A stretch of DNA of 64,000 bases from Bacteroidota bacterium (GTDB lineage Bacteria; Bacteroidota; Bacteroidia; Bacteroidales; WCHB1-69): the NCBI GenBank assembly GCA_029570835.1, contig JAKPTX010000022.1, forward strand, positions 5,056-69,055, given 5' to 3'. The position numbers were made by a program, and so were the translations under genes. The notes under the pieces were generated by a model. That model searched no databases. It saw only the letters and a program-made list of their open reading frames with translations, and was not told the DNA's origin. How positions within the stretch are numbered: the first letter of the stretch is position 1; each line of letters begins with the position of its first letter. Positions 48,570 through 58,236 of this stretch are shown one piece after another.

Positions 48570-51236
48570 ATGCACCGAGTCCTGGCTTTATTGTTATTGA
48601 TGAGTGCGCAGCTATTGCAGGCGCAGAATGCGGGAATTATCCCATCCCCCCAATTATTTTTATTCCAAAAAGAAAAGAAAACACTTGATATTCAAGAGAA
48701 AACATTTGTTGTAGCGCAAAATGAGTGGCAAAAGAATGAGAAAATTGCAAATATAATATCCAAATTAGAACGGCAACTTGCGGAAGAGTACAAAGCCGAT
48801 TTAATTCTAAAAGGGAATAAAAAATCAAAAGGAATCAAGCTGTTTTTGAAAAAAGAAAATATGCCCAATATTCCGGTTAATAGAGATCAGGCATATCGGT
48901 TAGTTATTGATAATGAGTCGATTACAATCATTAGCGAGACAGACCAGGGTGCTTTTTATGGCATCACGTCGTTGATGCAGATGTTGACTCATTATCATAC
49001 TTTAAATCAAGCAGTTCCACTCTGTGAGATCACGGATTACCCCATTTTGAGCAAACGAGGCTGGATGGATGATATCAATCGCGGCCCCATTCCGACTGTG
49101 GATTTTGTCAAGGAGGAGATTCTACAACTCTCTGCGCTGAAAATGAATTGCTTTACACTCTACACGGAGTCCGTTTTTAAAACTGAATCCCACCCCGATG
49201 TGGCACCTATTGATGGTTTTACTGCTGCCGAAATCATTGAAATAGAAGAGTTTGCAGCATTGCATTTCGTAGAGATGCTTCCCAATCAACAGTTGTTCGG
49301 GCACATGGAAAAGATGCTTAGAAATCCTTTTTATGAGCATCTGGGAGATGATCAACATATCTTAAATCCCTCTGATTCAAATATTTACAAATTTATTAAA
49401 GATTATATTGACGAGATCGCTCCTTTATACCGCTCCAATTATTTTCATATCAATTGTGATGAGACTGAAAATTTGGGGGGAGGGAGAGCTAAAGCACTGG
49501 TCAAAAGCATCGGTCAGAAGGAGACTTATCTAACTCACATCCAACGAGTTAGCCGGATGGTCGAAAAGCATAACAAACAAGTGATAATGTGGGCGGATAT
49601 TCTGTTGAAGGAGTCCGAAATGATATCGCAACTCCCGAAAAGTATCATTCCTGTCTTTTGGGCATACCATGCAGCGCCCTCCTTTGCCGAACCGATGAAA
49701 CAGATCCGGGAACAAGGATTTCCCTTTTGGATTGCTCCCGGCACCTCCAGTTTTCAGACTATTGCACCCAATCACGAGATCTATCTGAAAAATATCGCCG
49801 TCATGACCCGCGATGGCGCACTAAACGGCGCTTCCGGAATGCTCAACACCTCTTGGGATGATTCGGGAGAAGCACTATTTCAGAGTTTATGGCATGCTCA
49901 CGCCTGGGGAGCTGAAATGGGCTGGAAACCGTGCCAAGAGGATGATCCCGCACAGTTCGAAAAGGAGTTGAATCAGAGATTAGCCCAATTTAACCGCAAC
50001 TATTCCTTGTATCGGTTTGGTGTAGAGGATTATTTCGAAACTATTAAAGCGATAGCCCAAAGTAAAGCAGCAATTCAGGATGGCATGGTGCTCTGTTCCC
50101 ACACCTGGCGACCGCTTTCAGAGTTTTGGGCTCCGCTTTTAACTCCCGAATATGATGCTCTGAATCTGAGTCTGCTCAATCAGATTCCTTATGTAAGAGC
50201 GCAACTGAACCGGTTTTCATCGCAAGCCAAACGAAATCAGAAAGATCTCGATTTTTTGAGTTATGTAATTGATCGCTACGAATACAATGCCTTGAGAAAC
50301 CGTACCCGCAAGATGATTTACGACCAATTTATGGAGGGTACACCTGAATCACTGGCACAATTAGATCACCAATCTCAGCTTTTGAAAAAGAAACTCCATA
50401 CTTTGAAACTCAGCTACCAGAACTTATGGGAAAATGAGTGTCGGGTTCACTTTTTCGATGAGATTCGCAAACGCTATGACCGTGCTGCAGAGGAAATCAA
50501 CCAACTGCCATATCAGATTATGATCTCCGCTCAAGTCGCACACAATACCCCGACAACCTCATCCAAACAAACTGTTGACCTCCAATCGTTATATCCCAAT
50601 ATATCAATCTATTACACAACAGACGGCTCAACCCCGAACCGATTTTCTGAACAATACAGCGCTCCATTTCCACTGACACAATCCTCCATTATCAAAACGG
50701 TAGTATACGACTCTCTGCAACGCCCATACTATCAAGAGCAATATTTGCTACACCATTTAGGAGTCGGGAATATCGTTCGAATCCGCACTCCTTACAGCAC
50801 TTATCTCCCACAATATTCCGGGGGTTCTGCTTTCTCCCTTGGGGATGGTTTGACGGGTGGATCAGACTTTAGGGACGGGCGTTGGCAAGGCTATTGGGGT
50901 GAAGATATTGCCGTGGAGTACGACTTTGGCTCCCCCCAATTGGTTTCAGTCATAGAAGCAAAATTCCAACAAAATTGTGCAGGATGGATCCTGGCTCCCG
51001 ATACATTGCTCATCTATACTTCTACCGATGGTATTGATTATCAAATGGATGAAGCAATTATCTTCTCTGAAATTGATGATAAAGAGATTGGAATCTACCT
51101 CCGTAAAGTGGACGATTTAAGGATAAAAACCCGCTATTTAGCAATCGTTTATCGAAATAAGGGCGCTTTGCCTGCCTGGCACGGCTCCGCCGGTGCAGAT
51201 TCTTATCTGTTTTGTGATGAAATTATCATCCGTTAA
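48570..51236 (+). CDS. Glycoside hydrolase family 20-like beta-N-acetylhexosaminidase with CHB_HEX_C-like and discoidin-like C-terminal domains
   Basis: 888 aa with a signal peptide. The GH20 N-domain start is GIIPSPQ and the barrel start is RGWMDDINRGPIP. The D-E pair is in FHINCDE. The C-terminal part has IYYTTDGSTP plus a ~150-aa beta-sandwich. Confidence 0.6.
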   Translation: MHRVLALLLLMSAQLLQAQNAGIIPSPQLFLFQKEKKTLDIQEKTFVVAQNEWQKNEKIANIISKLERQLAEEYKADLILKGNKKSKGIKLFLKKENMPNIPVNRDQAYRLVIDNESITIISETDQGAFYGITSLMQMLTHYHTLNQAVPLCEITDYPILSKRGWMDDINRGPIPTVDFVKEEILQLSALKMNCFTLYTESVFKTESHPDVAPIDGFTAAEIIEIEEFAALHFVEMLPNQQLFGHMEKMLRNPFYEHLGDDQHILNPSDSNIYKFIKDYIDEIAPLYRSNYFHINCDETENLGGGRAKALVKSIGQKETYLTHIQRVSRMVEKHNKQVIMWADILLKESEMISQLPKSIIPVFWAYHAAPSFAEPMKQIREQGFPFWIAPGTSSFQTIAPNHEIYLKNIAVMTRDGALNGASGMLNTSWDDSGEALFQSLWHAHAWGAEMGWKPCQEDDPAQFEKELNQRLAQFNRNYSLYRFGVEDYFETIKAIAQSKAAIQDGMVLCSHTWRPLSEFWAPLLTPEYDALNLSLLNQIPYVRAQLNRFSSQAKRNQKDLDFLSYVIDRYEYNALRNRTRKMIYDQFMEGTPESLAQLDHQSQLLKKKLHTLKLSYQNLWENECRVHFFDEIRKRYDRAAEEINQLPYQIMISAQVAHNTPTTSSKQTVDLQSLYPNISIYYTTDGSTPNRFSEQYSAPFPLTQSSIIKTVVYDSLQRPYYQEQYLLHHLGVGNIVRIRTPYSTYLPQYSGGSAFSLGDGLTGGSDFRDGRWQGYWGEDIAVEYDFGSPQLVSVIEAKFQQNCAGWILAPDTLLIYTSTDGIDYQMDEAIIFSEIDDKEIGIYLRKVDDLRIKTRYLAIVYRNKGALPAWHGSAGADSYLFCDEIIIR

Positions 51237-51826
51237 TGATTATTATGGGAATCAATGATGCCGCAAATATCCCTAAACACCTCTTCGATAGAACGCATTC
51301 CGTCTATTTCAAATAACAATCCTTTCTGTTTATAATACTCAGACACCGGGAAAGTTAAGTTTTCGTAGTTGACAATTCTTTGCTTGATTACTTCCGGAGT
51401 ATCATCACTTCTTCCAATCAACTCCGCGCGTTTAGCCAGACGTTCCGCCACAATCTCCTTGTTTACTTTAATACATATAACCAAATCTATTTCAATTGGA
51501 CGATCAAAACCGATTCCTTCCAGCATTTGAGCTTGCTCAATGGTACGAGGTACGCCATCCAGGATAAATCCTTTGGCATTGGGGAATCTTTCCAAATAGT
51601 TAGCCAACATATTCAAAGTTACCTCATCCGGACAGAGATTTCCTTTCGTTATAATTGCTTTTGCTAAAGCTCCTAACTCCGTCCCCTTAGCAATCTCTTT
51701 TCTAAAAAGTTCACCTGTAGAAACATGGTGCAATCGGTAACGTCTTTTGATCAAATCTGCTTGTGTTCCTTTACCTGAACCGGGAGCACCAAGCAAAACA
51801 ATATTGAGTGAGTGTTTTTCGTTCAT
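51233..51826 (-). CDS. adk: Adenylate kinase
   Basis: P-loop LLGAPGSGKGTQ; also FILDGVPRTIEQA. The track ORF extends to 51898, but that extension overlaps the 3' end of hpt. The ATG at 51826 (MNEKHSLNIVLLGAPG) gives a normal 197-aa short-type Adk. Confidence 0.9.
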   Translation of the reverse strand: MNEKHSLNIVLLGAPGSGKGTQADLIKRRYRLHHVSTGELFRKEIAKGTELGALAKAIITKGNLCPDEVTLNMLANYLERFPNAKGFILDGVPRTIEQAQMLEGIGFDRPIEIDLVICIKVNKEIVAERLAKRAELIGRSDDTPEVIKQRIVNYENLTFPVSEYYKQKGLLFEIDGMRSIEEVFRDICGIIDSHNNH

Positions 51827-51848
51827 AATCAGCTTTTTGTATCCATTT

Positions 51849-52385
51849 TTACTCATGCAACTGATAAATATCAACCAAATTTCTTCCCAAACCATCATAG
51901 TCTAATCCTCTTCCCACAACAAACAGAGATGGAATGTTGATACCAATGTAATGAACCGGTAAAGATTTATCGTATGTATCAGGTTTGAAAGTCATTGTTG
52001 CAATTCTTATATCTTTCGCCTTGTGTGCTTTCAGCAGTTCTGCCAAATGCTGATAAGTATTTCCCGTATCCACAATATCTTCAATAATCAAGACTCGTTT
52101 TCCCTCAATATTTTCAGTTAATCCTATCACTTCCTGAAGATTATTTGTACACTGTGTTCCACTATAAGAGGAAACCTTAACACAAGTAACCACACATTCG
52201 ATATTGAGTTGTTTGAGTAAGTCTGAGGCAAAAATGATCGCTCCATTCAATGTAACCAGAATGATTGGAGTTTCATTTTGATATTCTTGATTGATTTGTT
52301 GTGCTACTCGAGTTACGGCTTCATCAATTTCAGAAGATGAGATCATCTTTCTGAACTTTTTATCTTTGACTTGAATCAGTTCCAT
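51849..52385 (-). CDS. hpt: Hypoxanthine phosphoribosyltransferase
   Basis: 178 aa with PRPP-binding motif VLIIEDIVDTGNT. Confidence 0.85.
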   Translation of the reverse strand: MELIQVKDKKFRKMISSSEIDEAVTRVAQQINQEYQNETPIILVTLNGAIIFASDLLKQLNIECVVTCVKVSSYSGTQCTNNLQEVIGLTENIEGKRVLIIEDIVDTGNTYQHLAELLKAHKAKDIRIATMTFKPDTYDKSLPVHYIGINIPSLFVVGRGLDYDGLGRNLVDIYQLHE

Positions 52386-52410
52386 AACTACTTGATTTTA
52401 TTTTTTCCCT

Positions 52411-55400
52411 TTATTTAAACGCAGTTTCACTCAGTCCGCTTCCATTCAGAGCAAGCTCTTTCATGTATGATGGCACCTCTTTTCCAAGGTATTGATCCAC
52501 ATAAAGTTTAGCTAAATATTGACCTAACATAAAACCGTGTCCACGCATACCCATGAGTAATCCTGCTTCAGGATCAACAATATACTTAGGTTCAACATAG
52601 TAGCCTGACCAGAATGCCTGGAATGTAACCCCACCGATTTGAGGAATAAAATCCACAAAAACTTCAGATACAATTTCCAGGAACTCCTTAGAGTTATATC
52701 TCAAATCAACGCGGGTTTCATTGGGGTCAATAGCGGGAGAAGCACAGCCGATAATTTGACCGGTTTCATGTAACTGCTGACCATATACAGCTGAAAAACC
52801 TTTTCTCACTCTTCTGTCAATCAACATATCCAGACTATCCCCATTTTTACCCAACATGGGCAATCTCTTAGTGATAAATGCCTGGTGTTTAACAGGATAG
52901 AGTCCGGTTTCAATACCCAGTTGTTTTGCAAAAATATCCGCTTCTTGTCCTAAAGCATTGACAAAGTGATCGCAATGGTACTCCACATACTCTTTATTAT
53001 GGGTTAGCACCAGTGCCATATAGCCGTTTTGTGTTTTTTGAACTTCCAATAGTTGTGAGTCTTCCAAAATAGTTCCACCGTTTGCCAATCCAATATTTCT
53101 AATCGCATCCAAAACCAAGCCCGGAGTTGCTTGCCAACATTCATTGGTAATCAATGCTGCCTGGTAGGTATCTAAAGAATCATTAAAATAGGGCGAAATC
53201 TCTTTTTTGAAATCCTTTTTATCCACCATAATGGCATCAGACCAACTCATCGAATCATGCAATGCTTTGTAAGTCTGATCATCATGAGCAAAGCCGATAT
53301 AGCGGGTCTGTTTCAGATTGATTTGGGTCTGTTTTTGCAGATCTTTGTAAATTTCCAAATTTTGACGTGCGATGTCCGCAATTTCAGGCACTGAAAAAGC
53401 GGGTCTTCCACCGGCAATATTGCGCCAGGAGCTACCTCTCCGGAAGTTCACCATCACAACCTGCTTCTTATTTTCTGCAAAGTATCTGAACAATGCACTT
53501 CCGGTAATTCCTCCTCCGGCAACAAATACTTCACATCTCTCCTTGCGGGTCGCTTTTCCATCTACCCGGGTTATCAGCTCAGGATTGCTATCTGATGGAT
53601 ATAATTCTTTTACGTTAACTTGACTGGAAAGGGGGCCTCTGGGGGTAGGGGTACCTACTACTTCAATCCCTTTAGTTCTCAAAAGCTGTCGCACTCTGGG
53701 AACACATCTTTTTCCACGACAAGCACCCATTCCAATACGGGTGATATGTTTCAACTCATCCACCGAAATCATTTTACGATCTCCAACCGACTTCAAAATA
53801 CTCTCAAGAGTAATATCCTCACAGTGACACACATAGATAGAATCCTCTTTCTTCTCAACATAAGGAGTCATCTTGAGCGGTTCGGGATATTTATCTTTGG
53901 CAATAAAACCGGAAACATCGGTCAAAGATTCACCCTCAAAATGGGTTGCTTTTACCCTTGCCACATGCGTTTTATTAGGTTTTCGCAATATCTTCTCAAC
54001 CACTCCTTCACCTAACTTTTTACCTTGATTGTTAATGAGATACACCTCAGCACCTTCATCAATAAAGTATTCAATAGGTAAGAAGAGCCAGTTCTTTTTC
54101 AGATTATATCCAAAAATAGCCAAACCGGGACATTGCGCTACACACTCCATACAGCCGATACAGAGATCATAATCGATAATTGGAACTGAAGAGGTTGAAG
54201 ATTTGGTGATTGCTTTCTGAGGACAGGCAAATGAGCAAGGATTACATGCAAAGCCATAGAGACAGTCGGCAATAACAAATCCATGTTTCTGCATTCTTTC
54301 TTCTGAAGGCTTTCTTGGTGTTTCCAATATCCGTACCGGATGTTGTTGAGAGTCAATATAATCCTTGGAAACTTGCAAATAGTGGTCAAAATTGATTCGC
54401 TTTCCGGCTTCCATTGCGATTTCCAGAGCAGCCTGTTTTCCTCTTAACACCGCGCAGGTTCCCTCCCCTACTCTCACTGCATCACCCACTCCATAGGCAT
54501 GAATACCAAATACAAATCTTCCTTTAATCATGATCTGATCGTCAGGAATCAAACCTGTACAAATGTTGATTACATCGATCCCCTCAATCACTTTTTCAGT
54601 ACCCGGAATCGGTTTAAAGTTTTCAGCTTCTGCTATTACTGCACCGACAACCCCGGTTCTATCTTCATTAGGTATCGCTTTCAATAAAACGTGTGATGTC
54701 AGAATAGGAATACCCAACCTTCTCACGCGGTTTGCTTGAACGGGAAAACCACCTTCACGGTCCATGGCTTCAATAATGGCAACCACATTGGCTCCCGCCT
54801 GATAAGCTTGATAAGAGGTTAAATATCCGATATTTCCGGCCCCTATAGAAAGAATATTTTTCCCTAAGAGCGTATGTTCCACATTCATCATTTTTTGTAC
54901 CACCGCAGCGGTATATACACCGGGAAGGTCATCATTTTCAAAAGCGGGTACAAAAGGAACTGCTCCGGTAGCCACAACTAAGTATTGCGCATCAACATAA
55001 AAAATCTCTTCACTTACTAAGTTTTTAACCGCAATTCTTTTGCCTTCCAAAACATCCCAAACAGTGGAGTTAAGGATGATGCCATCGTGATTATCTCCTG
55101 CCAGGTGACTGGAGATTTCAAATCCGCGCATCCCCCCATATAATTTTTCTTTCTCAAAAAAGAAAAACTGGTGCGTTTGCATATTGAACTGACCTCCAAC
55201 GATCGCATTATTGTCAATCACCAAATTGGGAATCCCGAGATCATTGAGTTCTTTACGACAAGCCAAACCTGCCGGACCGGCACCAATAATAACAACCTGG
55301 GTTTTGTAAATCTTAATCTTTTTATGCGTATCAATTGGCGTAACCGGAGGAATATAGTCTGCAGGAATCTCCGTTACAGTTTTTACTCCATCCACTTTGG

Positions 55401-55644
55401 TGATACAGATTCTCTTAACCTGACCATCCACCAACATTTCACAAGCACCACACTTCCCAATTCCACACTCTAAACTTCTCTCTCTCCCGTCAATACTGTG
55501 GCTATGGACTGTGAATCCCGCTCGGTGAAGTGCCGCTGCAATAGTGTAACCCTCCTCTCCTTTAACAGGAATACCATTATACTCAAATATCACTTCTCTC
55601 TTAGGAGAAACGTCTAAAATCGGGTGTTTTTCAATTTTACTCAT
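52411..55644 (-). CDS. Multidomain FAD/Fe-S oxidoreductase: single-chain fusion of HcnA-like [2Fe-2S], HcnB/SoxA-like FAD-NAD(P) reductase, 2x[4Fe-4S] ferredoxin, BFD-like [2Fe-2S] and HcnC/SoxB/DAO-like FAD dehydrogenase modules
   Basis: 1077 aa. In order the motifs are ECGIGKCGACEM, then VVIIGAGPAGLA and a second Rossmann SIGAGNIGYL. Next come CNPCSFACP and CIGCMECVAQCP, then CHCEDIT...GMGACRGKRC. The last is VFVAGGGITGSA followed by a ~380-aa DAO-type domain. Confidence 0.75.
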   Translation of the reverse strand: MSKIEKHPILDVSPKREVIFEYNGIPVKGEEGYTIAAALHRAGFTVHSHSIDGRERSLECGIGKCGACEMLVDGQVKRICITKVDGVKTVTEIPADYIPPVTPIDTHKKIKIYKTQVVIIGAGPAGLACRKELNDLGIPNLVIDNNAIVGGQFNMQTHQFFFFEKEKLYGGMRGFEISSHLAGDNHDGIILNSTVWDVLEGKRIAVKNLVSEEIFYVDAQYLVVATGAVPFVPAFENDDLPGVYTAAVVQKMMNVEHTLLGKNILSIGAGNIGYLTSYQAYQAGANVVAIIEAMDREGGFPVQANRVRRLGIPILTSHVLLKAIPNEDRTGVVGAVIAEAENFKPIPGTEKVIEGIDVINICTGLIPDDQIMIKGRFVFGIHAYGVGDAVRVGEGTCAVLRGKQAALEIAMEAGKRINFDHYLQVSKDYIDSQQHPVRILETPRKPSEERMQKHGFVIADCLYGFACNPCSFACPQKAITKSSTSSVPIIDYDLCIGCMECVAQCPGLAIFGYNLKKNWLFLPIEYFIDEGAEVYLINNQGKKLGEGVVEKILRKPNKTHVARVKATHFEGESLTDVSGFIAKDKYPEPLKMTPYVEKKEDSIYVCHCEDITLESILKSVGDRKMISVDELKHITRIGMGACRGKRCVPRVRQLLRTKGIEVVGTPTPRGPLSSQVNVKELYPSDSNPELITRVDGKATRKERCEVFVAGGGITGSALFRYFAENKKQVVMVNFRRGSSWRNIAGGRPAFSVPEIADIARQNLEIYKDLQKQTQINLKQTRYIGFAHDDQTYKALHDSMSWSDAIMVDKKDFKKEISPYFNDSLDTYQAALITNECWQATPGLVLDAIRNIGLANGGTILEDSQLLEVQKTQNGYMALVLTHNKEYVEYHCDHFVNALGQEADIFAKQLGIETGLYPVKHQAFITKRLPMLGKNGDSLDMLIDRRVRKGFSAVYGQQLHETGQIIGCASPAIDPNETRVDLRYNSKEFLEIVSEVFVDFIPQIGGVTFQAFWSGYYVEPKYIVDPEAGLLMGMRGHGFMLGQYLAKLYVDQYLGKEVPSYMKELALNGSGLSETAFK

Positions 55645-55712
55645 AAATAAAAAACTGTATTGTTCTCAATTTAAAATAGATAGAATCTTTTTGTCTTCAT
55701 TTTAACAAAAAG

Positions 55713-55720
55713 CAAATATA
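55713..55720 (-). promoter_or_regulatory. -7 box (TATATTTG on minus strand) for the 1077-aa oxidoreductase-hpt-adk string
   Basis: Plus-strand CAAATATA, 69 nt upstream of the ATG at 55644. Confidence 0.4.
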
Positions 55721-55866
55721 CAATAATTAATGGCATAATTAAGATTTTTTTTATTCCCCAACATTTTTTATAAAAGAGCTCAATTCTATTTATCTTGATA
55801 TCAGCGAAAACGACAGAATGAAATAGAATAATTTTAAAGAAAAGCATTTAATTGAATCCTTTTCTT

Positions 55867-55874
55867 TATATTTG
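55867..55874 (+). promoter_or_regulatory. -7 box TATATTTG (extended TATATTTGCAGGTTA) for rocD-buk-nadK
   Basis: 47 nt upstream of the ATG at 55921. Confidence 0.45.
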
Positions 55875-55920
55875 CAGGTTAATTTATGAGTACATTATTA
55901 AATTAAAAACATATATACTT

Positions 55921-57147
55921 ATGATTGAAAAAATTACATCAAGTCAGGAGGCAATCCAACTAGAGGAGCAATATGGTGCTCACAACTATCATCCACTCGA
56001 AGTTGTACTTTCCAGAGGTGAAGGTCCTTTTGTATGGGATGTTGAAGGAAAGAAATATTTTGACTTTTTATCAGCCTATTCCGCTGTAAATCAAGGTCAC
56101 TGTCACCCCAAAATTATCAACGCATTAATTGAGCAAGGTAAAACTTTAACCCTCACTTCGCGTGCTTTTTATAATGACATTTTGGGTGTTTATGCAAAAT
56201 ATATTACAGAATATTTTGGATTTGACAGAATGTTACCCATGAACTCCGGTGCTGAAGCAGTAGAAACTGCTTTGAAACTGTGCAGAAAATGGGGATATAT
56301 GAACAAAAGTATTCCTGAAAACCAAGCTAAGATCATCTGCTGCGAAGGGAACTTCCACGGTCGGACTATCACCATTATTTCCATGTCCAGTGACCCCACT
56401 GCGTACTCAGGTTACGGTCCATACACTCCCGGATTTGTAAGAATCCCATACAATGATATTCCCGCATTGGAAAAAGCATTGGAAGATCCTAACATTACCG
56501 GATTTTTAGTTGAACCGATTCAGGGTGAAGCAGGCGTTTATGTTCCTGAAGATCAATTCTTAGCTAAAGCTTACGAATTGTGTAAAGCTAAAAATGTACT
56601 CTTCATTGCTGACGAAGTACAAACCGGAATCGCCAGAACCGGAAAATTGTTGGCTTGCGATCATGAAAATGTAAAACCGGATATCTTAATCTTAGGAAAA
56701 GCACTCTCCGGCGGAGTTTTCCCCGTATCTGTAGTGTTGGCTAATGATGAGATTATGCTAAATATCAAACCGGGTGAGCATGGCTCTACATTTGGAGGAA
56801 ATCCTGTAGCTTGTAGAGTGGCTATAGCTGCGTTAGAAGTCGTAAAAGAAGAAAACTTAGCAGAAAAAGCTGAATATTTAGGCAAAATTTTCCGCGATGA
56901 AATGAAAAAAGTTCAAAGCGATATGATAGAAATCGTAAGAGGAAAAGGGTTGCTGAATGCGATTGTGATCAAGCCTAAGAATGGGAAAGAAGCTTGGGAC
57001 GTATGCGTGAAAATGAAAGAGATGGGAGTATTGGCGAAACCTACACACCAACACATTATCCGCTTTGCTCCTCCTTTGATCATCACTGAAGAACAATTAC
57101 GCGAAGCTATCGCCATTATTAAAGAAGCTATATTATCTTTTGATTAA
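55921..57147 (+). CDS. rocD: Ornithine aminotransferase (class-III PLP aminotransferase)
   Basis: It has [29 protein letters not shown] and LGKALSGG (PLP lysine). The track ORF starts at TTG 55852, but a TAnnTTTG box lies inside that extension (55867-55874). The ATG at 55921 is preferred. Confidence 0.85.
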   Translation: MIEKITSSQEAIQLEEQYGAHNYHPLEVVLSRGEGPFVWDVEGKKYFDFLSAYSAVNQGHCHPKIINALIEQGKTLTLTSRAFYNDILGVYAKYITEYFGFDRMLPMNSGAEAVETALKLCRKWGYMNKSIPENQAKIICCEGNFHGRTITIISMSSDPTAYSGYGPYTPGFVRIPYNDIPALEKALEDPNITGFLVEPIQGEAGVYVPEDQFLAKAYELCKAKNVLFIADEVQTGIARTGKLLACDHENVKPDILILGKALSGGVFPVSVVLANDEIMLNIKPGEHGSTFGGNPVACRVAIAALEVVKEENLAEKAEYLGKIFRDEMKKVQSDMIEIVRGKGLLNAIVIKPKNGKEAWDVCVKMKEMGVLAKPTHQHIIRFAPPLIITEEQLREAIAIIKEAILSFD

Positions 57148-57165
57148 TCAACTAATTATAGAATT

Positions 57166-58236
57166 ATGACACAAATTCTTGCCATAAATCCAGGTTCAAC
57201 ATCAACTAAAATTGCTGTTTTTGAAAATAATGAACAGGTTTTTATTAAAAACATTAAACATTCAGCTGAAGAGTTAGCTCCATTTAAGAAAATTACGGAT
57301 CAGGTTGATTTTAGAAAAGAGATTATTCTCAACACATTACGTGAAAATGGAATTGAAGTTAAGTCCATTCAATTCGTTATCGGTCGTGGTGGGTTGATTA
57401 AACCGATCCCTTCCGGAACATACAAAGTGAATGAACTCCTCAAAGAACACCTCACTATCGGCTATTCCGGTGAACATGCTTCCAATTTGGGTGGGCTGAT
57501 TGCAGACCTGATTGCAAAGGAAATCGGGCTCGATGCTTCCTACATTGCAGACCCCGTTGTGGTGGATGAACTGCAAGATGTAGCCCGTATCACAGGTCAC
57601 CCTTTGTTTGAAAAAATCTGTATTTTCCACGCTTTAAATCAAAAAGCGATTGCCAGAACTTTTGCAGCATCTGAAAACAAAAAATATGAAGATCTCAACT
57701 TGATTATTGCTCACATGGGCGGCGGAATCAGTGTTGGAGCACACCTAAAAGGAAAAGTAATCGACGTGAACCAGGCTTTGGACGGGGATGGTCCATTCTC
57801 TCCTGAACGCTCCGGAACACTTCCAATGCACCAAATTGTTGATGTCTGCTTTAGCGGAAAATACTCCAAAGAAGAGGTTAAAAAGATGATTGTTGGAAAG
57901 GGAGGTTATGTTGCCTATTTCAATACCAACGATGCTTATGAAGTGGAAAAAATGGCAGCAGCAGGAGATCCTAAAGCGATACTGATTGAAAATGCAATGG
58001 CATATCAAATTGCAAAAGAGATTGGAGCAGCAGCAACAGTCCTCAAAGGCAAAATTGATGCGATTCTTTTAACCGGTGGGATTGCTTACGGTAAACCCAT
58101 GATTGAGAAAATAACACAATATGTTGAATGGATTGCTCCAATTAAAGTTTATCCCGGTGAAGATGAAATGAAAGCTTTGGCTTTCAACGCACTTATGGTG
58201 ATTAACAAAGAGATTGAAGCAAAAGAGTATAAATAA
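57166..58236 (+). CDS. buk: Butyrate kinase
   Basis: 356 aa of the acetate/butyrate kinase family. It has ILAINPGSTSTKIAVFE, IAHMGGGISVGAH and TGGIAYG. Confidence 0.85.
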   Translation: MTQILAINPGSTSTKIAVFENNEQVFIKNIKHSAEELAPFKKITDQVDFRKEIILNTLRENGIEVKSIQFVIGRGGLIKPIPSGTYKVNELLKEHLTIGYSGEHASNLGGLIADLIAKEIGLDASYIADPVVVDELQDVARITGHPLFEKICIFHALNQKAIARTFAASENKKYEDLNLIIAHMGGGISVGAHLKGKVIDVNQALDGDGPFSPERSGTLPMHQIVDVCFSGKYSKEEVKKMIVGKGGYVAYFNTNDAYEVEKMAAAGDPKAILIENAMAYQIAKEIGAAATVLKGKIDAILLTGGIAYGKPMIEKITQYVEWIAPIKVYPGEDEMKALAFNALMVINKEIEAKEYK

